A program made the position numbers and the translations under genes. From Vulcanimicrobiota bacterium (lineage in GTDB: Bacteria; Vulcanimicrobiota; Vulcanimicrobiia; Vulcanimicrobiales; Vulcanimicrobiaceae), in contig CAWETW010000001.1 of the NCBI GenBank assembly GCA_963812155.1, positions 736,001-800,000 of the forward strand: a DNA stretch of 64,000 bases, in the 5' to 3' direction. How positions within the stretch are numbered: position 1 is the first letter of the stretch; each line of letters starts with the position of its first letter. The notes beneath the pieces are model-generated. The model did no database searches. It was not told where the DNA came from and saw only the letters and a list, made by a program, of their open reading frames with translations. Shown here piece after piece: positions 1 to 12,041 of this stretch.

Positions 1-1497
<1,497 letters not shown>

Positions 1498-1636
1498 CCG
1501 CCTCTAGAATGCGATTCAGGGCGGCCGCATCCTTTCGGGGTTGGGGAACGGCGGGGAGCGCTATCGCCGGCTTTCCCCGCGCGGGCGCGGCGGAGGGCAT
1601 CGCGCGTGCCGCGCTCGAAGCGTCCGTTCGTCTCAC

Positions 1637-2191
1637 ATGTCAAAGTTGATTTACATTGCGAATATGTCGCTCGACGGTTACGTGGAAGACGCAGCCGGCG
1701 CCTTCGATTGGGTCGAGCCCGCCGGCGTGCACGAGTTCATCACCGATTTGCTGCGGCCGATGCGCACGTATCTCTACGGACGGCGGGTGTACGAGACGAT
1801 GGCGTATTGGGATGCGGACGTCGAGGAGTACCCGCCCGAGCGGCGCGATTTCGCGCGGGTTTGGCAAGCGGCAGAGAAAATCGTCTTTTCGCGGACGCTG
1901 GCGTCGGCCACGACGCGCCGCACGCGCGTCGAGCGAGAGTTTGACGTGGAGGCGGTTCGCGAACTCAAATGGAAATCGGAGCACGACATGGACATCGGCG
2001 GCGCCGAACTGGCGTCGGTTGCACTCGAAGCCGATCTCGTCGACGAGTGTTACGTGTTTGTGAACCCGGTGATCGTCGGCGGCGGAAAGCCGGCATTCCG
2101 TGCCGGCTTGCGGCACAATCTCGAACTGCTCGAGACGGGACGCTTTGATACCGGCGTCGTCTATTTGCACTATGCGCTCCGATCGCTTTGA
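1637..2191 (+). CDS. Dihydrofolate reductase / RibD C-terminal family protein
   Basis: MSKLIYIANMSLDGYV, LYGRRVYE, IGGAELA, LVDE...PVIVGGG motifs. Confidence 0.85.
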   Translation: MSKLIYIANMSLDGYVEDAAGAFDWVEPAGVHEFITDLLRPMRTYLYGRRVYETMAYWDADVEEYPPERRDFARVWQAAEKIVFSRTLASATTRRTRVEREFDVEAVRELKWKSEHDMDIGGAELASVALEADLVDECYVFVNPVIVGGGKPAFRAGLRHNLELLETGRFDTGVVYLHYALRSL

Positions 2192-2306
2192 ACGGTACGG
2201 CCGGTAGCTTGCTCTAGGCCTTTACCGTCTAGCGGCCGGTCGTTCTCATCGTTTCTTAGCCTTTGCCGGGGAATTGCGGCAGTTCATGCTCGTGCGCCTC
2301 GGGAAG

Positions 2307-3441
2307 ATGAGCCCGGTGACCTTTCACTTTTTTAGCCGAACGGTCGTCGCCGTATTTCTCGCCGCATGTCTCTGGCCGCAAGCGGCACGCTCCGATACCG
2401 TTACGCCCCAACAGAGAACGTGGGAAACGCAGATCGGCCAACAGCGTTTCATGCAGTACGAGCAGCGCGGCGAGATCGTTCCGCAGCAGTCGCCGCTCTA
2501 TCAGACGCTCGATCCGATCGGCAAAGCCATCGCCTCTGTGGCGGATCCACAGTATTTTGCGCCGTTCCACTTCGTTCTTCTCAACCAGGGCACGCCAAAC
2601 GCAGTCGCGATGCCCGGCGGCAACGTGTACGTGGCCACCAGCATGCTCTCGTTTTTAAGGAACCAGGACGAGCTGGCGGGCGTGCTTTGTCATGAGGTCA
2701 ATCACGACATTCATCACGACGTGTTCGACATATACCAGGCGACTCAAGGCGGACGAACGGCGCACGATCCTGCCGCGATTGCCTCCGAGCGTCAAGCCGA
2801 GACGAACGCCGATCGCGCCGGCGCCTACACCTGCGCGAAGGCAGGCTTCAATCCATGGGGCATGGTCTGGAACTTACGGCTGCACGGCCAAGCGTTAAAC
2901 GGCGCGCAGCAAGCTTCGAACGCCGACCATCCCAGTGACGCGCAGCGCACAGCCGACCTCATTGCGCTGTTCCAAAGCGACCCTGCGACGTTCGCAAAAT
3001 ATAGAGATAACGTCGCGATGGCAAAACCACTCAACGTACCGGCGCAGGTCTCCCGGCAGTACGCGTATCAGCAACCGCAGCAGTATCAGCAATACTCCGC
3101 AGCAGTACCGGCCGCAATACCCGCAGCAGTATGGGCAATATCCGCAGCAGTATCCGCAATACCCGCAGCAGTACGGGCAATACCCGCAACAGTATCCGCA
3201 ATACCCGCAGCAGTACGGGCAATACCCGCAACAGTATCCGCCGCAATACCCGCAGCAGTACGCGGCAATACCCGCAGCAGTACCGCCGCAATACCCGCAG
3301 CAGTACGGGCAATACCCGCAGCAGTACGGGCAATACCCGCAGCAGTATCCGCAATACCCGCAGCAGTATCCGCCGCAATACCCGCAGCAGCAAGGTCCGT
3401 ACCCGCCACCGCCTCTGCCGCCGTGCTATCCGGGCTGCTGA
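2307..3441 (+). CDS. Secreted M48 family metallopeptidase with Tyr/Pro/Gln-rich C-terminal tail; +1 frameshift near 3096
   Basis: PNAVAMPGG, ELAGVLCHEVNH (HExxH), ETNADRAG. The YQQ run continues as YPQQYGQ repeats in the 2935..3441 frame once the extra base in caatacTccg is removed. Start uncertain (2286 or 2307). Confidence 0.75.
3070..3392 (+). repeat. Tandem coding repeat of 9-21 bp units (caatacccgcagcagtacggg-like) encoding YPQQYGQ/YPQ
   Basis: Directly visible tandem repeats. Confidence 0.95.
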
Positions 3442-3509
3442 AGCACTAGCCGGCTTTGCGCGCACCCATGTGATAAAGAAGGCCCCGCCTCGATCGGCGT
3501 GGCCTTGCG

Positions 3510-3551
3510 CTTCGACTTCGCGTCCCGCGGCGCGCTGCGCTCAGCGTGACA
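3510..3551. repeat. REP-like palindromic element (CTTCGAC...GCTCAGCGTGACA)
   Basis: Same termini as the copies at 17438-17478 and 44588-44620; lies between convergent genes. Confidence 0.7.
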
Positions 3552-3574
3552 CAGGAGCGCTAGCTGCAGGGTTC

Positions 3575-4351
3575 TTACAAGCGGGCGTATGCCCGCTTCA
3601 TCTTCTTCCACATGCGTTTCCAGTCGGGCTCCGGGGGCGGTTCGGCATGCATGTGTGCTGCAGCGGCCATCGCGTCGCGGTGATCGCCGAGCAACGTTTG
3701 GAGGCACTCCGCGCGGCGCGCGAGTTTCTTCACGCGCTTGCCTGCGAGCGGCCCGAAACATTCGGCGGCGTAGCGCACGTGCTTGGCCTTCATTCGAACT
3801 TGGTGGAGCGTTCGTTCGCTCGGGGAGCGTTCGTGTTCGCGAACGCGCCGGCGCGCACGGCCCCAGACCTTGCGCATCAGTTTTCGGGCCTTCTTGTGCG
3901 CCGGGCCATCGGCGGCGCCCGTGAGTTGAGGCGCGCGGGCGGCGCCGACGATGTCTTCCAGCAGGCTGACGTAGCGCGGCTCGCGCAGCGCGGCGTGGAG
4001 CTCGGCATGGCGTTCCTCGCGTTCGGCGCGCAATGGCTCGAGTCGCTCGGTTGACGGCGCACCGTTGGACGACGCCTCCGCCGCACGCTTTTCAAGCACC
4101 TCGATCAAGACGTCGAGATCGCGCGCCTTACCGAGACAGTCGTCGAGCCAACGCATGCGCTGTCGCAGCGAGTCGGCCCAATGTGAATCGAGAATCGGCC
4201 GGAACGTATGAAGATCGGAGCGCAGGCGCCGCAGCGCGACGCGCGCGTCGTGCACGGGTTCCGGATCGTTCGTCGAGCGCACGCCCCGGTCGCAGGAAAC
4301 TAAATCGACGACGCTCGCGGCGAATGCTCTGCGGTAAACCTCGCCGATCAC
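3575..4351 (-). CDS. CHAD domain protein
   Basis: VHDARVALRRLRS, LGKARDLDV, LHQVRMKAKHVRYAAE, LQTLLGDHRD. Confidence 0.9.
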   Translation of the reverse strand: MIGEVYRRAFAASVVDLVSCDRGVRSTNDPEPVHDARVALRRLRSDLHTFRPILDSHWADSLRQRMRWLDDCLGKARDLDVLIEVLEKRAAEASSNGAPSTERLEPLRAEREERHAELHAALREPRYVSLLEDIVGAARAPQLTGAADGPAHKKARKLMRKVWGRARRRVREHERSPSERTLHQVRMKAKHVRYAAECFGPLAGKRVKKLARRAECLQTLLGDHRDAMAAAAHMHAEPPPEPDWKRMWKKMKRAYARL

Positions 4352-5211
4352 ACCGGCGGCGCGACGTACATCATGTGTTGCGGAATGTCGAGTGTAAAGA
4401 TTTTATCCGCCCAAAAATCGTTGCCCACATTGCAATCGTAGACCAAGTCTTCGAACACGACGGGTGGGTGCTGCATCGCCGAGCGATGGTCGTCGAGCAG
4501 GCTCAGCGATCCGATGGTGGCGGCGATCCCTTCGCCGAGCGGCGTGCGCACGTGTTTCAAGGCGGGGTCGGCGAGATTCACGCCGAGCTTCGCGGCGAAG
4601 CGGCGGTCGATCATGATGTCGCGCGTACCCGTGGTGATCGCGCACAACCCGGTCTGGCCGTTGCCGAAATCGAAGGTTGCAAAGACGCCAAGGGACGTAT
4701 CGAGTTCGTCTTGCAGCGTGAGCGGAACGCGATCGGTGAACTGCTTGCGCTGGGGAAGCGATACAGCATCTTCGATCAACAGCTGATGCTGGCGAAAATC
4801 GAACGTCGCGGTCACGTCGCGAAACGCCGACGCCGAAATCAAGCCGTCAATACCGGTGCCATCGAGACCGCCCCAGATGCCGATCTTCTTACTATTGACG
4901 GTAAACTGGCCCAGGGCCATCGATACGACACTGCCGACCGGCAGATCGACGCGCTGGCCGGTGAGGTTCAACGTCACGAATTTGCTGGTAACGTTCACGT
5001 TGCGCGACCCGGCGCTTTGCGAAAGCACGTCGATGCCGGCGCCGAGATCGATACGCATGGGGTAGGGGCGACCGTTGACCGTGCCTTGCACGCGGATCGT
5101 TCCGTCGTCGAAGGCGAACGGTACCGTTTCGAGCGCGCGAGCGGCCTGAGGCAGCGAAAATGCGAAGACGGCAGCCATAACGGGCGCCGCGCGCAACCAG
5201 CATCGAATCAT
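4348..5211 (-). CDS. Secreted retropepsin/aspartyl protease-like protein
   Basis: Signal peptide; VQGTVNG...IDLGA and IDGLIS motifs, with a second degenerate half. Confidence 0.5.
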   Translation of the reverse strand: MIRCWLRAAPVMAAVFAFSLPQAARALETVPFAFDDGTIRVQGTVNGRPYPMRIDLGAGIDVLSQSAGSRNVNVTSKFVTLNLTGQRVDLPVGSVVSMALGQFTVNSKKIGIWGGLDGTGIDGLISASAFRDVTATFDFRQHQLLIEDAVSLPQRKQFTDRVPLTLQDELDTSLGVFATFDFGNGQTGLCAITTGTRDIMIDRRFAAKLGVNLADPALKHVRTPLGEGIAATIGSLSLLDDHRSAMQHPPVVFEDLVYDCNVGNDFWADKIFTLDIPQHMMYVAPPV

Positions 5212-5334
5212 TGCATCCCTCCTCTCCGTCTTGTTTGTGCTTCATTGAAGCGGTCCTTGCGGGCGGCCGATGGCGGAGCGCGTGCAGCGCGCAACGATGC
5301 TACAAGGGCGAGTGGACCGCGCTCGACCTTGCGC

Positions 5335-6379
5335 CTAGCGGATCGCTATGCCCGAAGGCTCGACAAAACCGGTGTCAAACCCTTGAATCTTACGAATCGG
5401 CGCAACGTTCCCGTGCGCGCCCCGGCGCGAAGACAAGCACGGCGTTGCCGGAAGTGACATATATGCTCGCCGTCGCGTCGAGGGCGACGCCGCTCGGATA
5501 GTAAAGGCCGGTGTTGGTGCCACCAATAGTCGTGACTGGCGCGACGTTACCGGTCGCACCCGCGGCAAAGATTAGCACGTTGTTGGCGCCGGAGTTCGCC
5601 ACGTAGGTCATACCTGCGGTCGCACCGCTGTGGCTCACGGCGATTCCTAACGGCCCAGCCAGGCCCGTGTACGAGCCTTCTAGCGTGCCGATCGGTGAAA
5701 CGTTCCCGTTTGCCTTCGCCAAGTACGTCGTCACGCTGTTACTCGTATTATTCGTCACGTACATCTCTTTCTGCGCGAGGGGAGGCTCTCCGGAGAGTGC
5801 AATGCCGGTGGGAGCCTGCAGGCCCGTTTTGAAACCTTTAGTCAGACGCTTTGGGAAAACGTTACCGTGCGCTCCCGCCTCGAAGAAGTCGACGCTCTTG
5901 AACTTGTAGTAGTCGTTCGTGACGTAAACGCCGCCAAGATTGTCGGCGGCGAGTCCGTAGGGAGCGATTAATTCCGTGTTTGACCCGCTAATCGTCCTGA
6001 TTGGCACGACATCGCCGCTCGCACCCGCAGAGTAAACCGTTACCGATGGTGTATAGAGGTTGCTAACGTAAATGTTACGGTCCTTGTCGAGTGCTATGCA
6101 GAGCGGACCGTACAGCCCAGTGTAGGGACCCTGGATTGATTGAACCGGCTCAACGTCACCGTTAGCGTGCAGCGGAAATACCGTAACGTTATAGGACTCA
6201 AAGCTGACTACGTAGATGCAACGCTTTGTCAAGCAGGGGTTTCTCGCGCGGTCCACCCGAGCGCGCGATGCCATCTGTGTGGAAATCATCGCCGCAGGTG
6301 GGGTTTCTGAACCGCCGCCGCACGCCGTTAGGAGCGTCGCGCCCAGACACGCGCCGATGAGATAGCTTAGCTGTTTCAT
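5335..6379 (-). CDS. NHL-repeat beta-propeller lipoprotein; +1 frameshift at the C run 5420-5423
   Basis: Lipobox LTAC; repeated P-x-GIA(L)D...YV-N...V units; the C-terminus APGAHGNVAPIRKIQG...PSGIAIR is in the adjacent frame. Confidence 0.75.
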
Positions 6380-6662
6380 TCCGTGCCCATCCTCCTTGAA
6401 GTCAGTCCGCGTTCCGAGGCGAACGTTATGCCTACGATATAGGATGGGGCCCGTCCACGATTTCCGCAACGGACACTTGTACAATTGACTTGGACAAGTG
6501 CTCTTCCTCGAACGGCACCTCGTTCCATCGCAAGTCCAAAACGCGTCGCTGAGCCGTCGGCTAGCTCTGGTCGCCCGCCTTGAGCGGGAATCGGCGACGT
6601 GAAATCCCAATCTCTAATTGTCCACGAAAGCCGGGCCTATTCAGAGAAGGGACACACGGCGA

Positions 6663-7697
6663 ATGAAGGTTTTTGGGCTCGGCCGCTACGCTTTACTCGT
6701 CTGCATTTCAATCGCCGTCCTCGCAGCGTGCAGTAGCGGCGGATCGCAGGTGCCGATCGGCGTGCCCGGTGCGATACCGCAAACCTCGGCGAGCGTTACC
6801 TATGCTGCGCACGGCAAGTCGTGGATGACGCCCGGCGCCCAAAGACAACCGAACTTGCTCTACATCTCCAACTGGGGCACCGGCGACGTCACCGTATACA
6901 CGTATCTCGACGGCAGCGGGCTCGTTTTAGTCGGGACGCTCACCGGCTTTTCTTCGCCCACCGGCTTGTGCACCGATAAAGCCGGCAATGTCTGGATCAC
7001 GGATTACGACACAAGGAAGATCTTTGAGTACGCGCACGGTGGCACAACTCCGATTTTCAAGATCACGGAGTTCAAAGCTTTTCCCTACGCCTGCGCCGTA
7101 GATCCGACAACCGGCAATTTGGCTGTTTCAAACCAGCACCCAAACGCCAAGTTTGCCCCGCACGGCGACGTCAAAGTGTATCCCAAAGGGCGGCGACCCG
7201 GAAGAATTTACTCCACCTCCGGCGGGTTCGGAGACGTATACTTTGTCACTTACGATAACAAGAGCAACCTCTACGTCGACGGGACTCCATGCGCCTATAG
7301 CTACTGCAGCGATGGGGGCGGGGGCCCGGGACTCTATAGACTTGCAAAGGGTGGATCAGCGTTCAAGCGGCTCACGCTCAAGGGTGCCGCGCTCTATCAG
7401 CCGGTTGCAATCAACTGGATCAATCCAACACTGCTGCTAGGCGATCGGAACTTTGCAAACCAGGGAACGTCCGGGGCGTATAAGCTGTTAGTCTCGGGCT
7501 CTACGGCGACCGTCGTCAACACGCTGCAGTTTAACGGAACGCAGCAAACCAATGGGCTTTGGCGGCGTGCCGGACACGTCATCGTTCCGGACTACACCGG
7601 GAGCATCGTGCGCATCTACAATCTTTCCGACGGTACGCTCTTTTCGACTATGACAACCGGCATCTCGCTGCCGTTTGCAGCCGTCGTCAGCCAGTAG
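6663..7697 (+). CDS. Beta-propeller lipoprotein (HGKSWM-type paralog family)
   Basis: Lipobox LAAC; SWM...LLYISN, GLCTDKAGNVWI, EYAHGGT, CAVDPTTGNLAVSN. Confidence 0.75.
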   Translation: MKVFGLGRYALLVCISIAVLAACSSGGSQVPIGVPGAIPQTSASVTYAAHGKSWMTPGAQRQPNLLYISNWGTGDVTVYTYLDGSGLVLVGTLTGFSSPTGLCTDKAGNVWITDYDTRKIFEYAHGGTTPIFKITEFKAFPYACAVDPTTGNLAVSNQHPNAKFAPHGDVKVYPKGRRPGRIYSTSGGFGDVYFVTYDNKSNLYVDGTPCAYSYCSDGGGGPGLYRLAKGGSAFKRLTLKGAALYQPVAINWINPTLLLGDRNFANQGTSGAYKLLVSGSTATVVNTLQFNGTQQTNGLWRRAGHVIVPDYTGSIVRIYNLSDGTLFSTMTTGISLPFAAVVSQ

Positions 7698-7732
7698 GGG
7701 TGTGGCCTCGGCGTTTGCTCGTTCAAGGGCCG

Positions 7733-8410
7733 ACGGCTACAAAGGACGGACCGCTAATCTGTTTTGTTAGGATCTTCTCTGGTGCATCCTCACCAGGCCC
7801 GTAAATGGAGACGGTATTCTGCAGATTGTTGGCGACAAACAAACTATCGTCTGCGCTCATCGCGATGGAAATCGGATCTGAAACGCCTGCGGTGATCAGT
7901 CGGACGAGATTCGTCGTTCCGGCGGCAAACTCAGCGACGCTCTGCTGGTAGCTGCCTGCAGCGCTTACATTTGCGATCTAGGCGTCTTGCTGCGCGTCGA
8001 ATACAATCGCAGAGGGACCACAGATGTCCTGGGAATCGTTCGCAACAACTCTCCCGAAGAACTACTGTATACGTACACCGCACTGTTGCAGCGTCCTTCG
8101 GACACGACGTTTGTGACACCAACGAAAAGCTCCTGAGTTGTGTCCAAAGCAAGAGCCGTGATGTCCCCCGTCACTTCGACTCTGCGAGGGTTGTGTTTGG
8201 TCTTCGCTGCAGACACGGCCACCGCGCCGTTCTCAGCAACGTAGAGGTCGTCGTCACTATCAACCGCTATCGGACCGCCGCCTGGGAAAATGCGGTATGC
8301 CTTCGATGATTCGCCGTGGGGATAAGCCTCTATCCAACGGGACGTGGAAACATAATAGTTCCCGAGCTGTCGACCACGATGTGTTTCGGCTTGGTGTCAC
8401 GAGCTCGACA
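7733..8410 (-). pseudogene. Degraded, 5'-truncated NHL-repeat protein
   Basis: Segments KHIVVDSSG/NYYVS, PIAVDSDDDLYVAE, ALALDTTQELFVG and PISIAMSADDSLFVAN are split by two frameshifts (~8362, ~8032) and an in-frame TAG (~7978-7980). Confidence 0.7.
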
Positions 8411-8484
8411 GTCGCTGCCAAGCCCCCAGCGCCAATCGCCGCAGCGGAGTTGCGCGCCGCACCGCACCTGAGTACCCTTAGGAC

Positions 8485-9420
8485 ATGATCGCAGTGAGAG
8501 TGCACCAGTTTGGCGGTCCTGACCAGCTCGTGCTCGAGGAGACTCCGCGCCCCGCGGCCGCCGAAAACCAAGCACTCATACGCGTCTGTGCTGCCGGCGT
8601 CGGACCATGGGATGCCCTTGTCCGCACCGGTACCAGCGGTCTACCGCAGTCGCTCCCGCTAACGCCTGGTTCCGATATCGCCGGCATCGTCGAAGAGGTC
8701 GCTGACGGCGCATCCGCGTTGCGACGCGGCGACGCCATTTACGGCGTAACGAATCCGGCCTTTACCGGCGGCTACGCACAGTATGCGGCGGCCGATCTCG
8801 ATTCAATCGCTTTAAAGCCTGCGTCGCTCAGTTTCGTCGAGGCCTGCGGAGTGCCGGTCGTCGCAGTCACCGCGTGGCAGATGCTCTTCGATCGCGCGCA
8901 ACTCTCGGCCGGCCAAACCGTCCTCGTTTATGGTGCTGCGGGAAACGTCGGGGCCTACGCCGTGCAGCTCGCGCGCTTCGCGAGCGCGCATGTCGTCGCC
9001 GTTGCAGAGCAACGCGATGCAAGCTATCTGCGCGCGCTCGGCGCGGCCGAAGTGATCGATTTTAAAACTGAGGCCATCGAAGACCGTGTTTCCAACGTCG
9101 ACGTAGTGATCGACACCGTAGGCGGCGATACGCAGCGACGCGCATTCGGCCTTATCAAGCCCGCGGGCATCCTCGTTTCGAGCGTCTCGCCGCCGTCGCA
9201 AGAGCTCGCGCAGACGTACGGTATTCGCGTCGCATTTTTCATCGTTCGCGTTTCGAGCGATCAGCTTACCCGAATCGCGCAGCTCGTGGACGACGGAACG
9301 TTGAAAACTCAGCTCGGCGTCGTGCTCAGCCTCGCCGACGCGCGCAAAGCGCACGAAATGCTGGCCGGCACGCTCGCGCATCCACGCGGCAAGATCGTCC
9401 TCGACGTTACGATGGTCTAA
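8485..9420 (+). CDS. NADP-dependent oxidoreductase (MDR/quinone oxidoreductase-like)
   Basis: VHQFGGPD, TPGSDIAG, VLVYGAAGNVG, RGKIVL. Confidence 0.9.
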   Translation: MIAVRVHQFGGPDQLVLEETPRPAAAENQALIRVCAAGVGPWDALVRTGTSGLPQSLPLTPGSDIAGIVEEVADGASALRRGDAIYGVTNPAFTGGYAQYAAADLDSIALKPASLSFVEACGVPVVAVTAWQMLFDRAQLSAGQTVLVYGAAGNVGAYAVQLARFASAHVVAVAEQRDASYLRALGAAEVIDFKTEAIEDRVSNVDVVIDTVGGDTQRRAFGLIKPAGILVSSVSPPSQELAQTYGIRVAFFIVRVSSDQLTRIAQLVDDGTLKTQLGVVLSLADARKAHEMLAGTLAHPRGKIVLDVTMV

Positions 9421-9449
9421 AATACGACGCGAGAATGCCAAGTGAACGC

Positions 9450-10412
9450 TCAAGGTGAAGGAGCCTCGCTACTACCGATCAGATAGCTAAATCCCGCCGA
9501 AAACGAACGGCGATACACGTTGCCCGTGATACGTCCGATATCTTCGACTGGATTGACGTAGTCTACGAGCGAACTGTTGCCACCGTAGGTTGCCTGCAGT
9601 TGAAAGTTTCTCGAGAGCAGCTGTGCTGCATTAATGGTCAGGTAGGCGTCATTATTCGAAAATGCGTACTGCCCGACAAGTGCCAACAGCGTTCCTCCAG
9701 GAGAGCGCCAGAGAACGACCGCCTGCGGCGAAAATTGCCACGCGCGCCCGTTAACGCCGGACTGCGACGTCACCGGAACGTTTGCGACCGGAAAGGAGAA
9801 ATTCGCACCAATCGATCTCGATTTATTTAATGCAATGTTGAGCAGCGGATTGAGCTCGTAGGTGGGCCCTGGCGCATTCAGCCCGGGCGATCCCGTTGGC
9901 GCCTTGTACGTCGCGAGAATTCCACCCAAGACCCCTCCCTTTCGATTGAAATACAACAGCTGCTTGTAGCGGAACTCCATATCCGCCGTGCCGGCAACGG
10001 CCCCCGTTTGCGAGTTGTTAACTTGTGAAAACGTCGGCAGCACGACGGTGACCTGCGATGTTGGCGTGACGCCGATGTTGAGTATCGCGCCGGGATATCC
10101 AAAAGCGTGACTCGATACCGTAGCGGTTGCCGATCGGCCATTTACGGTATAAGGAAACGAAACGCCGGTATTCGTACCGGCGTACGTCATTTGAATGCTT
10201 CCCTGACCTCGAACAAAGACGCAGGGTGAGGCCGACAGATATTTCTTCAAAAGCTCTTGGGCACCGCCGCACGGATCCGTCAGGGCGGGCGATGGCGGGG
10301 TCGCCGCCGGCGAAGGCGATGGCGCGGTCGCCGCTCCCGGGGCAGCCGATGCCGGCGCGTTGGATTGCGCAGCGCACGCAAGAATCGTCAACAACCCGAG
10401 ATAGAAGAACAT
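9450..10412 (-). CDS. Secreted protein, possible outer-membrane beta-barrel transporter
   Basis: Signal peptide, Pro/Ala linker, amphipathic strands, APTGS motif, terminal SFSAGFSY strand. Confidence 0.5.
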   Translation of the reverse strand: MFFYLGLLTILACAAQSNAPASAAPGAATAPSPSPAATPPSPALTDPCGGAQELLKKYLSASPCVFVRGQGSIQMTYAGTNTGVSFPYTVNGRSATATVSSHAFGYPGAILNIGVTPTSQVTVVLPTFSQVNNSQTGAVAGTADMEFRYKQLLYFNRKGGVLGGILATYKAPTGSPGLNAPGPTYELNPLLNIALNKSRSIGANFSFPVANVPVTSQSGVNGRAWQFSPQAVVLWRSPGGTLLALVGQYAFSNNDAYLTINAAQLLSRNFQLQATYGGNSSLVDYVNPVEDIGRITGNVYRRSFSAGFSYLIGSSEAPSP

Positions 10413-10438
10413 CGAAGCGCCCCCGGCACGTGCGGGGC

Positions 10439-11887
10439 TCAGCTTACTTTGACTACTGCCGGAGGTGTCCAGGTGCCATCGAGAATCGAAGGATTGTTCT
10501 CTTTTGGCCAATACATGCGCATCATCGCGATGAAGTCGCCCTTGGGAGCCGGCAGCCAATTGGCTTCCTTGTCGGCGCCCGGCGACGTATTTTGGAAATA
10601 TAGCGTGACCGAACCGTCGGGGTTGCTCGTCAGGTTATTGCGCGGACTAACCGTGAACTTATTGAGTGGGTTGGGAACGAACCACCATCCTTGATCGATC
10701 TCGTACATCGTGATCGACCAGAAACCATTGGTTGGCGGCGTCGCATCTTTCGCGAATGTCAGCGTATAGTTGTTTGCTCCCGTCAGCGTTTGTCCCGTGG
10801 AATCGACCTGCGTGTATGGATACACGGCGTCGTCCTGCTGGTTCGCGGGCCAACCAAAGGCTGCTACGACGGCGCGTTTTAGGTAGTTGGTTCCGTAGGT
10901 ACCGAGACCTTTTGTGACCACCCAGCCGTTGACGATCGCACCTAAGGCCTTCTGGTTGGCCGCGATCTTCTTCAAAGCGGTCTGCGGAATATCGTTCAAT
11001 GCGGACTGCACTGCCGGGGCGAGCTTGCTCATCTCAAACGGCGCCCCCGGCACGATGCCGATCTTGGCCATGCGAGCGAGCATCGGCGCATCTTCCGCCG
11101 CCGGCGGCGCGGCGCCGCCCATCAGCTTGGCCATGAGGTTGAAATAACCAGCCGTCCCCAGAGCAAGAATGGCCTGCTGCGGCTTAGCGGTCATGCTGAC
11201 GGCCGGGTTCGGGTTCACCGGCGGCGCCACAGGCGTGTACGGCTTGCCCCAAGCAGAGAGCGGCGTGATCTTGTATTGCGCCTGTAGGTCGTTGACGATT
11301 TTGTAATCCTGCTCGGTGCCGTCAGCGTAGGTGCGGCCGAGAATGACCATGTAGCGAGTCGCCATCGGAATGTGCTGCATCCCGGTCGGAACGTCGCCGT
11401 TCCAGCCTGGACCGGTAATCAGATAGTTCGCAGCCTTTCCACCCGCGGTGCGGGCACTCGGCGCGGACTGCAGATCGCTCATCCAAAGGTCGACGATCTC
11501 GAACAGGTAGAAGCGGCTACCCATATCGGGGTGGCTGAACACCATTGGTTCGGAAAGGTCGAGCCAAGCTACAGAGTAGAGCGTATCGGCATTGGGGGCC
11601 GAGACGCCGCGATAGTCCGCCGGCGGGTACTTCGGCGCATTCGCGAACTGGTTCAGTGGCGCCCTTAATCTCTCGATGTCAACCCCGGAGACGTTGCTCC
11701 CCTGAACGCGGGTGACTTCGGTCGTAATGAGCGAATAACCGTAGATGTAGGCGTCTTCGGCAATCTGCCGGGCTTCCGCTGACGAGAGCGATTGCGCGTT
11801 TGCCGAACGGGGAATCGCGAAGTATGTCGCAGCAGCGACGCCTCCAACAAGCGTCTCTTGAATGAACGACCGTCTATTTGTCGTCAT
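10439..11887 (-). CDS. DUF1254/DUF1214 domain protein with Tat signal
   Basis: NRRSFI twin-arginine signal; AYIYGY, PNADTLYSVAWLDL, FWSITMY, NWLPAP, MRMYWP. Confidence 0.9.
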   Translation of the reverse strand: MTTNRRSFIQETLVGGVAAATYFAIPRSANAQSLSSAEARQIAEDAYIYGYSLITTEVTRVQGSNVSGVDIERLRAPLNQFANAPKYPPADYRGVSAPNADTLYSVAWLDLSEPMVFSHPDMGSRFYLFEIVDLWMSDLQSAPSARTAGGKAANYLITGPGWNGDVPTGMQHIPMATRYMVILGRTYADGTEQDYKIVNDLQAQYKITPLSAWGKPYTPVAPPVNPNPAVSMTAKPQQAILALGTAGYFNLMAKLMGGAAPPAAEDAPMLARMAKIGIVPGAPFEMSKLAPAVQSALNDIPQTALKKIAANQKALGAIVNGWVVTKGLGTYGTNYLKRAVVAAFGWPANQQDDAVYPYTQVDSTGQTLTGANNYTLTFAKDATPPTNGFWSITMYEIDQGWWFVPNPLNKFTVSPRNNLTSNPDGSVTLYFQNTSPGADKEANWLPAPKGDFIAMMRMYWPKENNPSILDGTWTPPAVVKVS

Positions 11888-12041
11888 GGGGCTCCTTCAC
11901 GCAGTCCCGAGATTAAGAAAAGATAATGTTAATCCGGCCACGTAGAAGCGGCTGACCGGACCGTTCATTTTAATCACGCTATGGCCGTTTCCCTATAAGG
12001 GCACGTTCAAGGAGTTCGTTGACTCCTATGTGTTGCGCCGA

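Noticed and set aside
3070..3392. Possible CRISPR array
   Set aside because: Contiguous coding repeats with no unique spacers, and no cas genes
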